Shown here: positions 48,940 to 58,630 of the stretch, piece by piece
Numbering within the stretch: position 1 is the stretch's first letter
Layout: every line of letters starts with the position of its first letter
DNA from: a virus
Lineage: Duplodnaviria > Caudoviricetes
Length of the DNA stretch: 64,000 nucleotides
IMG/VR virus record: IMGVR_UViG_3300032327_000792
Strand: one strand, 5' to 3'
The notes under the pieces: generated by a model
What the model was told of the DNA's origin: nothing
Databases searched by the model: none
Seen by the model: only the letters and a program-made list of their open reading frames with translations
Translations under genes and position numbers: made by a program

Positions 48940-49872
48940 TTAATTTTCCTTAATAAAATTGTATAACTTTTCTGCATACTGTTGATGTTGCTTGACTCCA
49001 GGATGCAAATTGTCTGTTCCTAAATCTATAAACTTTATAGTATTTCCATTTATAATTAATCCCTGTGTTAAATCTATAAAATTGGGTAAGTCTTTTAATG
49101 CTATGCTGACCCAAGCAAAATCTAAAATATTTGCAATGTATAATTTTACTTTTATTTTTTGACAAAAATTTACAACTTGTAAAATTTCTCTCAATGAAGT
49201 TAATACTTGGGTCTCGCTTTCAAAATAATCAAGTGACCAATATTGATTTTCTTTGTCTACTGTGAAATAATCACTAATAGGTACTGGATTAAAATTCCAA
49301 TTTTTTGATATTGCAACCCTAGAAACGTTAGTTAATCCCCAAACTACTATATCTCCAGATCGTATATCGGATCTCAACAACTGATCAGCAGCCCAAAAAA
49401 TTGAGGATCCTCCTTGTGATAATGTTATCTCGGGTAAATTTAAATAGTTGGCCAGTAAACTTCCCCATCTATCATTGTAATCAACACCGTTGCCATGCGT
49501 TACAGAACACCCAGCAGTCCATAAAACTGGATTGTTATCAGTCCTTGTATTTTTTAAAAAATTAAAATCTTTTTTCCAAGTAAAAAAATTAATCTTACCA
49601 GGGTGTCTTGCAAGTTCGTTAAACAGTCTCCCATATGAAAAACAATTATCATTTGTAATATTAATATCCTCAGTGAGGTTAACCACTACAATTTCACTAG
49701 CATTGCTACATGCCACACTGATGTTTTCACAAGATAGATCTTCTACCGATGTGTGACAATTTACATCGGTGCTGCTAGCAACAATTTTATCTATGTTATG
49801 TCTGTCAAGCAGTATAGAATCGTTACCATTCCAGTCATAATTAACGGTTGAAATATATAATTTATTAATCAT
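48940..49872 (-). CDS. SGNH hydrolase-like protein
   Basis: AGCSVTHG block I variant and DNLHPG block V. Confidence 0.65.
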   Translation of the reverse strand: MINKLYISTVNYDWNGNDSILLDRHNIDKIVASSTDVNCHTSVEDLSCENISVACSNASEIVVVNLTEDINITNDNCFSYGRLFNELARHPGKINFFTWKKDFNFLKNTRTDNNPVLWTAGCSVTHGNGVDYNDRWGSLLANYLNLPEITLSQGGSSIFWAADQLLRSDIRSGDIVVWGLTNVSRVAISKNWNFNPVPISDYFTVDKENQYWSLDYFESETQVLTSLREILQVVNFCQKIKVKLYIANILDFAWVSIALKDLPNFIDLTQGLIINGNTIKFIDLGTDNLHPGVKQHQQYAEKLYNFIKEN

Positions 49873-51014
49873 TTTAATTTGTATAACTCTGTAAAAATCT
49901 TGCTGCTGTCTATTCCACGTCGTTGATCCATTGCGGCTAACTGTTCAAAAGATCCAGCTAAATCTTTTTCAAACGGTTGCTCTATATAACTCAACATATT
50001 TTTGTAGCTGTCCTCGAGCAAATAACCCGGTTGGTCAGTGATTCTTTGTTGTATTTGATACTTTATTGATTGTAACACATGTTCTGGCAAATGTCTAATA
50101 TTTAGGTATTCTGGAGTCAATAATGCACCAATGATAAAACTGTTGTTATGAAACCCTAAATTTTTCAAATAATCCACACAGTCAAACACGGAACGATGAT
50201 TTAACAGGAACCAAAGCATGTTAAAACTAATTTTATGGTTTAGTTGTTTTATCTTTTGCAAATTTTCTAAAAAATCCACCCAACGGCCGCCATATCTGAT
50301 GTATTCAAATGCATCGGTAACAGTTTCCACACTGACGGTCCAATGTACATTGGGAAATTCACAAATTCGATCAAATACCTGTGTGTCTGTTTTACTCAAA
50401 TTGGTGTTGATACGTAGGTTTACATTAGGATTGGTTTTTTGCAACAGTTCCAATAGTTCTAAATTTTCTTTCATCAACAACGGTTCGCCGCCGGCCATGT
50501 ACACATGTTTGAGTGTGGATGCATGATCAAAGATATATTGTTTAAAACTTTCCAGTTGATCAAGGCCAGGGCGCACTATTTCTTCGTTTAATTCGTCGGC
50601 CCAGCGACTGCTAAATTCGGGGCTACAGTACACACAAGAGAAATTGCACAAATTAGTCCACCGCACATCAATGGTATGCAAGTCATGTTGATTGGGTTGG
50701 TACGTATCCAATGGTATTTTTTTAAGTTCTTTTATGTAAAAAATTCTGTCACTGATAATATCAAACCCAGTTTTATTGCCTTCAAGATCATAACAAGTGT
50801 GGCAGTTTTTTCCAGGTTGATTGGTCAGCATGCGTTGTTGAGTATCAAGATTGGTGGTGCCGTGTAGAATTTCTTTGATAGTGTTATCTTTGAGATTACC
50901 TATTGTTCCTGAACTACGAATACAATTTTTTACTTTGCCGTCAACATTGTACATCAGTCCAGTCCATGGCATGGGGCAAAAATTACGATTGGTCAATACG
51001 TCTTTTGGAGTCAT
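49869..51014 (-). CDS. Radical SAM protein with N-terminal auxiliary Cys motif
   Basis: CNFSCVYC, GGEP, N-terminal CPMPW...NC...CHTC. Confidence 0.9.
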   Translation of the reverse strand: MTPKDVLTNRNFCPMPWTGLMYNVDGKVKNCIRSSGTIGNLKDNTIKEILHGTTNLDTQQRMLTNQPGKNCHTCYDLEGNKTGFDIISDRIFYIKELKKIPLDTYQPNQHDLHTIDVRWTNLCNFSCVYCSPEFSSRWADELNEEIVRPGLDQLESFKQYIFDHASTLKHVYMAGGEPLLMKENLELLELLQKTNPNVNLRINTNLSKTDTQVFDRICEFPNVHWTVSVETVTDAFEYIRYGGRWVDFLENLQKIKQLNHKISFNMLWFLLNHRSVFDCVDYLKNLGFHNNSFIIGALLTPEYLNIRHLPEHVLQSIKYQIQQRITDQPGYLLEDSYKNMLSYIEQPFEKDLAGSFEQLAAMDQRRGIDSSKIFTELYKLK

Positions 51015-51016
51015 TG

Positions 51017-51556
51017 TTACAACGGTCCCAGTGATATATCTGGAATTGTTAGCCCATTATTGTTGGCAAGATCCAGCAAGTTTACCAATGTTTTTGCCCA
51101 GTTATTGACATCAGCTGCTGGTGGAACAGTTTTGTCTAAACTGGTAGCTATGTTACCAGGACGAACTATGGTAATTTTTACACCAAGTCGACGGTTTCGT
51201 ATTTGTCTTACCGATTCCTCAAGTGTTACTTTTTGTATTCTATATTGATCCATGTCTAACCCCGGTAGCGTTGATACTGGATCTTGAGTCATCATAGTGC
51301 TGATCACAATGATATGTTTTTTTGTTCCTTGCCAACGTTGAGCCATTTCAAACAACAACTCAGTTTGTGCATATCCAGCTTGTGCATTGTTAACAAAAAT
51401 ATCGCATGGCTCAATTTGATCACAAATCTTGGGTGTATTCCTAATATTATTGCCTTCGCGTTTACTCAAACCAATGATCTCATAACCGTTGAGAGAGTAT
51501 TCTTGTGCAAGAGCTTGTCCTATACCCGCAGTATGTCCAGTGATTGCTATTTTCAC
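51017..51556 (-). CDS. Short-chain dehydrogenase/reductase (compact)
   Basis: ITGHTAGIG Rossmann motif, VNNA, YRIQK (YxxxK). Confidence 0.85.
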   Translation of the reverse strand: MKIAITGHTAGIGQALAQEYSLNGYEIIGLSKREGNNIRNTPKICDQIEPCDIFVNNAQAGYAQTELLFEMAQRWQGTKKHIIVISTMMTQDPVSTLPGLDMDQYRIQKVTLEESVRQIRNRRLGVKITIVRPGNIATSLDKTVPPAADVNNWAKTLVNLLDLANNNGLTIPDISLGPL

Positions 51557-52431
51557 GTGATTCCTCTCAGTTGTTTTTGTTTGCTTATGTATGCCTCTCT
51601 AGCATCGACATTGGCATTATCAACCGACAATTCAAACGGCTGTTTAAGATAAGCGTAACTGTGATCAATACTATGTTCCTTGGCAAATGCCTGTATATTG
51701 GGTAAGTCCGTGACATTCAATATACTAACTGTGGTCCATAAGTTCAACTTAATAGGCATTGTTTTATATGTCATTAAGTTATTGTAAAAAGTATCCCACT
51801 TGATAGGCCAACGCATGAATTCGTGTACTGGGCCAATGCCATCACAACTTACAGTCACAGTGACTTCTATTCCCTTATCGACAATATCTGTTAACTCATT
51901 GAGTACTACATTACAATTAGTGTTGAGCCTGAGAGTCCGCAAATTTGGTGGCAAGTTGGCCAATAATTGTTTGTAATTTTTACTGTAACTTGGCTCACCG
52001 CCGTTGATATCTAAATGTACAATACGGTCTTGCGGTAAATTCCAAAAGCGACTACTGTTGTTTACAATAGGAAAAGTTTTGCCGACAAGGGCCCCGATTC
52101 GTGTACTACATCCAGGATTACACGTTTGACAAGCAGCATTACATATGTTATCTAATACTCCGCCTACTTGTAAATAGTCTTTTTGTGTGGTTTGATTGTT
52201 CAATTGTGTGGCATATCCCCGTATGCTGTCGGGCTCAGTTTCCTGGCATCTTGCACATTCACTGGGCCATTGATCTGCTAGCATTGTTGCTTTGATTTTT
52301 GACAGCCATTCACTTGATTCCATCTGTTCCAGTGATTCAAATTGTGGTGGCGATACCATGTGCCCGCAACGACTCACTGTTCCGTTGGGATTAAATCTTA
52401 CAAAGTGATCAAGTCTTGGGCAATGCATCAA
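51553..52431 (-). CDS. Radical SAM protein with N-terminal auxiliary Cys motif
   Basis: CNAACQTC, GGEP, N-terminal CPRL...RC...CARC. Confidence 0.88.
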   Translation of the reverse strand: MMHCPRLDHFVRFNPNGTVSRCGHMVSPPQFESLEQMESSEWLSKIKATMLADQWPSECARCQETEPDSIRGYATQLNNQTTQKDYLQVGGVLDNICNAACQTCNPGCSTRIGALVGKTFPIVNNSSRFWNLPQDRIVHLDINGGEPSYSKNYKQLLANLPPNLRTLRLNTNCNVVLNELTDIVDKGIEVTVTVSCDGIGPVHEFMRWPIKWDTFYNNLMTYKTMPIKLNLWTTVSILNVTDLPNIQAFAKEHSIDHSYAYLKQPFELSVDNANVDAREAYISKQKQLRGIT

Positions 52432-53080
52432 TGATATGTTGTGTTTTTTTAAAAATTAAATCATACAGATTTGGATGTTTGAGTTGTATGTCGGTTACCA
52501 ACTCATTGACTGTCACTGACTGACCTATTCGGTCAAGCAATAATTGGTCTAGATAAAAATATAAATCAAGTTTCTTCCAGTTAAAATCGTTGATACTTTC
52601 TAAAAATTTACTTGATGGAGGATCAACCTCTGCACGAAAATTCATGTTAGCTAACCCGTCGATATCACTGATTGAACATAACTTTAACTGAGTTTCTGGG
52701 TGTAGATATTTATTGAGATTTAACAACCAAAAGAATTGTGGGCAATAGTGCCGATTCAAAAACAAATAATTATTCACAAACCATAAAATGGTTTTGTGAT
52801 CTAGCTCAGGAAAATCTCTGTTGAGATGCTGTAGATAAGTGTTAACTCCGCTGATAAATCTTTCTTTTGGTGCCCGTAAAAAAACAGTTATGGGCTGACG
52901 TATTTTTGTAATACAATCATTGGTTAAAATTTCCCAGTCAGTTCGATAACCTTTTTGAATTTGTACAAAAAATGAACTACTACCGTTTTTCATTATAGGA
53001 AAAACGTATTGCTGTGAGGAACCCAAATAGATCACCTCACAGCGTTCTGGAAAGATAGTGTTATCTATCTCACTAAACAT
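52409..53080 (-). CDS. Sulfotransferase-like protein
   Basis: IMKNGSSS (5'-PSB-like), LRAPKERFISG (3'-PB-like), HYCPQ. Confidence 0.6.
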   Translation of the reverse strand: MFSEIDNTIFPERCEVIYLGSSQQYVFPIMKNGSSSFFVQIQKGYRTDWEILTNDCITKIRQPITVFLRAPKERFISGVNTYLQHLNRDFPELDHKTILWFVNNYLFLNRHYCPQFFWLLNLNKYLHPETQLKLCSISDIDGLANMNFRAEVDPPSSKFLESINDFNWKKLDLYFYLDQLLLDRIGQSVTVNELVTDIQLKHPNLYDLIFKKTQHIIDALPKT

Positions 53081-53083
53081 TGA

Positions 53084-54070
53084 TTACTTCTGTTGACGTG
53101 CTCTAATCATTGCCAAAATATCTTCGGCTTTGTTGGCACCTGCTGCTGGCGCAGACACCGGAGCAGTCGCTGCCACTGGTTCGTCATCATCAAACGAACT
53201 TGTCACTGGTGCGGCTTTGGTCACTGGTGCTGGTGTGTCTTCGTCATGATGAACCACTGAGGCAGTGCCACCTGCGGGTGCTGTAACACCGGCTGGACGG
53301 AAGTACTGACCCCAACGCTCTGTGTCATATGGTTGACCATCCACTGATGCTTCGAACATTTCTTTCATGACCTTGAGCTCAACGTCTGAGGGCTTTTTAG
53401 GTAAGAATGTTGATAGATCAAACAAACCGTGTGCTTCAATGGCTGCTTGTTCTGCTTCAGTCAATGCTGACTCTTTGCGAGCCCACTTTGAAGTTGAATA
53501 GTCTGCGTAGCCACCTTTGGCTGTTTTTGTGATACGGAAGTCTAGACCACGCATTAAGTCTGTTGGTAGTTCTTCCAGTTCTGGATCCATCAATGCTGAC
53601 TTGATAGTGGCAAAAATTTGTGGACCAATGATGAATCTACGAATTGGATTCTCTGGCGTCTTGTCTTCGTTCATTGGGTTTTCACGTACAAAGCCTTGGA
53701 AAATGTATGAACGTTTTTTCCAATACTTACGACCCATTTCTTCTAGTGATTTGTCTTTGAACCAAGTGCGTACTTCTGCTAGGATTGGACAAGCTTCTTG
53801 CCACATTTCAACGCAGGGTACTTGTACCATGACTTGTTTGGAATCCATTTCGCCTTTGATTCCGTTGAATGGCAAACGAATCATTGCTCGTTCTGCCCAG
53901 AAAAATGTGTTCTTTGGATTTGCGTCTGGTAAGAAGCGTAGTGTTGCTGATGAACCTTCTTCCATATTCCAGTGTGCGTAAATTGAATTATCGCCGCCTG
54001 ATGATTGACCGCCTGGTTTATTTGTTTCTGTAGCTGCTAGTCTTGCTCTGATTTCTGCTAATGATGCCAT
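53084..54070 (-). CDS. gp32: Single-stranded DNA-binding protein (T4 gp32-like)
   Basis: LRFLPD, VPC...CPI, DFRITK, YADYSTSKW, acidic tail. Confidence 0.9.
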   Translation of the reverse strand: MASLAEIRARLAATETNKPGGQSSGGDNSIYAHWNMEEGSSATLRFLPDANPKNTFFWAERAMIRLPFNGIKGEMDSKQVMVQVPCVEMWQEACPILAEVRTWFKDKSLEEMGRKYWKKRSYIFQGFVRENPMNEDKTPENPIRRFIIGPQIFATIKSALMDPELEELPTDLMRGLDFRITKTAKGGYADYSTSKWARKESALTEAEQAAIEAHGLFDLSTFLPKKPSDVELKVMKEMFEASVDGQPYDTERWGQYFRPAGVTAPAGGTASVVHHDEDTPAPVTKAAPVTSSFDDDEPVAATAPVSAPAAGANKAEDILAMIRARQQK

Positions 54071-54169
54071 TTTAAGTTGCCTTTCTAAGTTGTATAAAAT
54101 GTATGCCTATCTATTGTATAGATCTTACGTTGCCTGTGACACAATGTAAAAAGCGTATATCACTGTAGT

Positions 54170-54198
54170 AGTATATACGCCTTTTTAGGTAGCGTCAA
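54170..54198 (-). promoter_or_regulatory. sigma70-type promoter TTGACG-17-TATACT upstream of gp32; late TAAATA at 54203-54208
   Basis: Both promoters lie inside inverted repeats. Confidence 0.75.
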
Positions 54199-54233
54199 TA
54201 GATATTTATGACGCTGTTGTTCTAAATGCAGTT

Positions 54234-56303
54234 TTACTTTGCCAATATGCCGGCCAATGATTTCATTCTGGCCAACATTGGATCCACTGACTCACTGCTC
54301 ATATTGCTGGGCTTGGTCATCATAACACCGTCGGTGTCTAAATTTTCCATGTATCCACATTCTTTCAAACCGTGCATTGGACATTGTTCACCTTCGGCAG
54401 TCATGTTGCAACGGCCTTCTTCAAATGAGCTCAAATTGTCAGCTTCCATTGGCTCAGAGCCCTTCATTGCATCGGCACGATTGGCTTGTTGATAACTGGC
54501 CAACTGAGATGCTGGAATAACTTCTGAGCCAGCAATTCGTTGAGCAATGGCTTGTGCTTGTTGTTGGTCTATAGGACCGTATGGTGATTGTCCATCATCA
54601 AACACCACAAAATAACTGCCGCCCATGCCTTCATCAAATTGATTTTCAATTTCATTACCAACGGCACTGCCAACTGCACCAGCTGCTGCTTTTTCAAGTG
54701 CACCTGCGCCTGCGCCTACTACTGCTCTGCCCAACACTGCGCCCAATACCGGAAGAATTTCGGCTAACTGTTGTTCATTGACCTGTTCAGCCAAATTGTC
54801 ATAATCGCCGGCGGCCAACATTTGAGCCGCACGTTTTACATATGCACTGACATCACTGGAGCCAATCTCGTCCACATCACCGATCATTTCAGCAACGTCT
54901 CGAGCTGCTGCCATCACAGCGGCTGGACCATATTGTTCCAACAACTCCAAATGATGGTTCATGATACGACGTATGATTGCTCCTTCAACTGGCAATACTT
55001 GGTTGTCTTCACGAAGTTCATCTGCCGGATCTTCTGTTTCAGCCGGAGTGTCTGTATCAATGTTGAGTTGATTTAGAACTTCAGCAATGCTAGAATCATC
55101 GGATAACTCTACCAACCGATCGTAAACAATCTGACGAGCATCGGCATCGGCATCTTGGTCGGCCAGTGTTTCCAATTGATCAAACAACAGATCGTCGCCC
55201 ACTAGATCATATAGTTGTTCTGTGGCATTGGTAGCATCGGCGCCCACTGGAAACTCTTTTGATAGTAGTTCTACTAACTGAGCTTGTTTTTCAGGGGTGT
55301 CTGGTGTTGCCCATGTTCCTTCTACCAGGCGATTGGCCCAGGCTTCAAATATGTGTGCTTCTTTCATAGCTTGTCCTTGTTGTTGTATTCGAGCCAACAC
55401 CGGCAGTGCTTGCTCAATCCTTGTGTCGATTGTTTCTCGCACAAATAAATTCTTGATGCTTTCAATTACCACATCTTGTTCCGTGATCTCTGCTGGGTTC
55501 CATGATTCAAAATAGTTTGAGTACCCACGATGTGTACTCAACCCTTTGAGCATTTTGTTTAGATTTTCGTAGTAGGCATTGGTTTCTGAAATTAACTCTG
55601 CTGTGTTGCCTTCAAATATCTGACCTTGGTTGGCTCTGCGAAAACGACTCAATACATTGAGTTCTTCTACCACTGACACAATGTGTTGTCCACGTAGATC
55701 ATATGGTCGACCACCATTGCGCACATGTTCTACCATGGCACGTCCACCTGCTAACTTTGTAAATGGCAGTTTGAATCTTTCACCATCTGCAGTTTCAACA
55801 TACAAACTTTCAACATAGCGATAACGGGCATCGCCTTCGCCAATGGGTTTTTTGTGACGGATCATCAAACGCACTGCTTCAGGTCGATCGTTGTAGCTCA
55901 CTGTTCGTGTGCCACGCCATGATTCAAAAAGTCCTTCTTTGATTGCTGCTTGACCTTGCATTGAGTAACGCAATCTGTTCAAATTCTTCAGACCAAAACT
56001 CATTAAGTTTCTGGTGCTGAAATGCTTTAATTGCTCTAGGAAACTGAACCACTCTCGTTTGTCTGCACCTTCCATGCTTTTTCCCACATTGTCGCCAAAG
56101 TAAACTTCAAGGTTGTTGTCGTTGCCGATCATGATGACCACTGTGCCGTAGTCATTGCCAGATTGTGTGGTAAAATCAAAACTGAATACTTCAGTTTCTG
56201 CAGGATCAGCAGCTGGTTTTCCAGCCGAATCCAGCAGCTCAGGGTCAAAGTTTCTGCTGACCAGTAGATCAAATAGTTGTTTTGCGGATGTGTTTTGCGC
56301 CAT
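54234..56303 (-). CDS. Large acidic virion/prohead protein
   Basis: TAAATA at 56311-56316; many I/L-x-E sites (IKEG, LFES, LVEG, LRED, LAE, FEEG). Confidence 0.55.
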   Translation of the reverse strand: MAQNTSAKQLFDLLVSRNFDPELLDSAGKPAADPAETEVFSFDFTTQSGNDYGTVVIMIGNDNNLEVYFGDNVGKSMEGADKREWFSFLEQLKHFSTRNLMSFGLKNLNRLRYSMQGQAAIKEGLFESWRGTRTVSYNDRPEAVRLMIRHKKPIGEGDARYRYVESLYVETADGERFKLPFTKLAGGRAMVEHVRNGGRPYDLRGQHIVSVVEELNVLSRFRRANQGQIFEGNTAELISETNAYYENLNKMLKGLSTHRGYSNYFESWNPAEITEQDVVIESIKNLFVRETIDTRIEQALPVLARIQQQGQAMKEAHIFEAWANRLVEGTWATPDTPEKQAQLVELLSKEFPVGADATNATEQLYDLVGDDLLFDQLETLADQDADADARQIVYDRLVELSDDSSIAEVLNQLNIDTDTPAETEDPADELREDNQVLPVEGAIIRRIMNHHLELLEQYGPAAVMAAARDVAEMIGDVDEIGSSDVSAYVKRAAQMLAAGDYDNLAEQVNEQQLAEILPVLGAVLGRAVVGAGAGALEKAAAGAVGSAVGNEIENQFDEGMGGSYFVVFDDGQSPYGPIDQQQAQAIAQRIAGSEVIPASQLASYQQANRADAMKGSEPMEADNLSSFEEGRCNMTAEGEQCPMHGLKECGYMENLDTDGVMMTKPSNMSSESVDPMLARMKSLAGILAK

Positions 56304-56313
56304 AGTTTAGTAT

Positions 56314-57891
56314 TTAGTTAAAGGAAGCAATGAATGGAAGTGGTTCAACAATGACATCGCCATGATCTTTCATTTGACTGTCTAATTCTCCGTGATAGCT
56401 CTGTAGTTGTTGCATCATGCGTACTGCTAGAATAGTGGCCATGACCAAGTCGTCAGTTTCGCCTATTTTGGCAGCATAGCTGGTGCCATGTGCCACAAAT
56501 GTTTTTAGCTCACTAACCAAGGGCGCACTGTGTATTCGCATGCGTCCAGATTCTATCATGACTTTGAGTTTGTTGCAGGCCGAAAGTTTTGATTTGTTTG
56601 TGGTGTTGAATCCTTTGCGATATCTACGTCCACTGGCAGTGGTCACTGAGTTGTCGCTTAGGAAATAGCCCTTGATGTTTTCTTCACCGTATTCAGCAAT
56701 GGAGATTAGGGCAGCTTCTCCAATGGTGTTGTTTTCTATTGAAAAGTAAATTGAGTTAGTATCTTTCACAATATCATTGATGTATCTACAGATGTCTGCC
56801 AAGATACGTATCTGTTCCGGAATTGTGGTTCTGTTGTGTCGCCATTCACCAATCTGTGTTGTGGTGTTGGCTTCAAATATTTGTATGGCTGCCGGGTCGC
56901 CACCTGTGCCCAAACTTGGGTCCAAGGCTACGGTATAAATCTTACCAGGTTGGGGTTGCTGGTACCAACGCACTTGTCCTGTTCTAAACACAGGTTCTGT
57001 GCCTTTTAAATCCAACAGCTTGGTAGGAGCAATTAGCGTTTCATCGTTGATGATAAACTCACAGCCAATCTCTCTACGAAAACGATCTGAGCCTAACTGT
57101 GCTTCCATGTTCTTGCCCCAGTCCTCGTCACGATCTGGGTGTTCTTGCCAGTAGCTACGATAAGCACGGAATCCGTTGGTACCTACTTCTGTGGGGTTGC
57201 CGTATTCATCTTCTTGTTTGAGGGCCATTTTCCACATCAAAGCAAACTGATCTTCATCTGAGTTGGGTGTTGACGTAATAATTGCTTTACCACCAGTGGC
57301 CAAGGTGGGTGAAATTGAAGTCCAAAACTCTTTGGCAATGCCTGGTCGCACAAATGCAAATTCGTCAGCGTATAGCAGTGTAATTGACATACCACGACCA
57401 GTAGTTTCGGTTGTTGTTGCACTTACAATACGACTGCCGTTTTCAAAGTCTATTGACCCTTTGTTGTAACTTGTGACTCCGGCACGAATAAAGTCTGGGC
57501 ATAGCTCATAGGCAAAGCGTATACGTTGCATGATTTCTTGTGCACCTGTGAACTTGTGTGCTGCAATCAAAATGGTTGAGTCGGGAACAAACATGGCGTA
57601 CCACAGCAAATAACCTGCTGCCGATGTTGATTTGCCGGTTTGTCGGGGCATCATTGATATTGAGAAACGATAATTGTGATAGGTGTGAATCAGTCTCTGT
57701 TGATATTCATAGGGATGATACAACATTTTGCCACGTGTTGGATGCTGAATATAGAAGTAGTTGTCCAAAAAGTATGCCGGTCCGGTCACAGGGTCAGCAC
57801 ACAGCATAAACTCTCGTAGTTGGTCTTCGGTGAATACTTGTTTTTTGTGTGCTGGTTTTACCAGTACACCTTCTAGACTTCTTGAACTCAT
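56314..57891 (-). CDS. gp17: Terminase large subunit (T4 gp17-like)
   Basis: RQTGKS Walker A, YADEFAF Walker B, ITSTPN, ALDPS, DDLVMA. Confidence 0.97.
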   Translation of the reverse strand: MSSRSLEGVLVKPAHKKQVFTEDQLREFMLCADPVTGPAYFLDNYFYIQHPTRGKMLYHPYEYQQRLIHTYHNYRFSISMMPRQTGKSTSAAGYLLWYAMFVPDSTILIAAHKFTGAQEIMQRIRFAYELCPDFIRAGVTSYNKGSIDFENGSRIVSATTTETTGRGMSITLLYADEFAFVRPGIAKEFWTSISPTLATGGKAIITSTPNSDEDQFALMWKMALKQEDEYGNPTEVGTNGFRAYRSYWQEHPDRDEDWGKNMEAQLGSDRFRREIGCEFIINDETLIAPTKLLDLKGTEPVFRTGQVRWYQQPQPGKIYTVALDPSLGTGGDPAAIQIFEANTTTQIGEWRHNRTTIPEQIRILADICRYINDIVKDTNSIYFSIENNTIGEAALISIAEYGEENIKGYFLSDNSVTTASGRRYRKGFNTTNKSKLSACNKLKVMIESGRMRIHSAPLVSELKTFVAHGTSYAAKIGETDDLVMATILAVRMMQQLQSYHGELDSQMKDHGDVIVEPLPFIASFN

Positions 57892-57914
57892 ATGTTAATT
57901 TATGAGCTTTTTGC

Positions 57915-58619
57915 TTACTTGAGATTAAAACGCATGCCAGTGGCCTGTTCAACTTCTGTTACTGTGGTTTGATATTTGGGTAAATCTGCTACAGGAAGTG
58001 CGGCATTAGGCATCAAATAGGCCATGGTCTGACCTGATGCTTTTTCGTGGATAACTTTGTAGAGTCGTGTGGGTATGCCTAGGCCGTTGCCGGTGACAGG
58101 ATGTCCTGGATCAAAGATACCACCTGAGATGATGTAAAAGTCTCCACCTTTGGATGCCCAATCACGTTCCCAAGTTTCCAACTGCTTCCAGATACCACGA
58201 TTGTTGTTGGCCACTTGTGCTACCATGTTTGATAAGAAGAAGCTTTCGCTCATGATCTGATCATTAGTAGTGTTGTTGCCAGCTGGAGCCATGTGTCCGC
58301 GGTCGTGTGTGCGACCTACAGTGGCATAGTCAGCCAGTGTGGCACGGCATTGTTCATGCACATCTGGATCTGGTCGGAAATTGTCTCGGCGTTTGGCAGG
58401 ACCCGTCATTGATTGCACTGTTAGGTGTTCAAATACAGCCACAGGTGCTTTTACTGAGCAACGATGTATCACAGCATAGTTTGTTCTACACAGTTCTTGA
58501 TCACCTGGTTGTGCTTGATAAGCTGGAGTACCGTGGCTGGTAAATTGTGGACATTGAGCATTGATTTGTGCCAGGGCCAGAGCAGGCAGGGACAATAGGA
58601 TCAATAGTAGTTTTTTCAT
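57915..58619 (-). CDS. DNA/RNA non-specific endonuclease (NucA/Serratia family) with signal peptide
   Basis: DRGHMAP, FFLSNMVAQ, NRGIWKQLE, IPTRLYK; MKKLLLILLSLPALALA signal. Confidence 0.92.
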   Translation of the reverse strand: MKKLLLILLSLPALALAQINAQCPQFTSHGTPAYQAQPGDQELCRTNYAVIHRCSVKAPVAVFEHLTVQSMTGPAKRRDNFRPDPDVHEQCRATLADYATVGRTHDRGHMAPAGNNTTNDQIMSESFFLSNMVAQVANNNRGIWKQLETWERDWASKGGDFYIISGGIFDPGHPVTGNGLGIPTRLYKVIHEKASGQTMAYLMPNAALPVADLPKYQTTVTEVEQATGMRFNLK

Positions 58620-58630
58620 TTAGTTTTTTC

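Noticed and set aside
6520-57891. Introns or inteins in nrdA, nrdB, helicases, recombinase or terminase
   Set aside because: All have ordinary lengths with contiguous motifs, and no Hint-type C/S...HN junctions or split frames were seen
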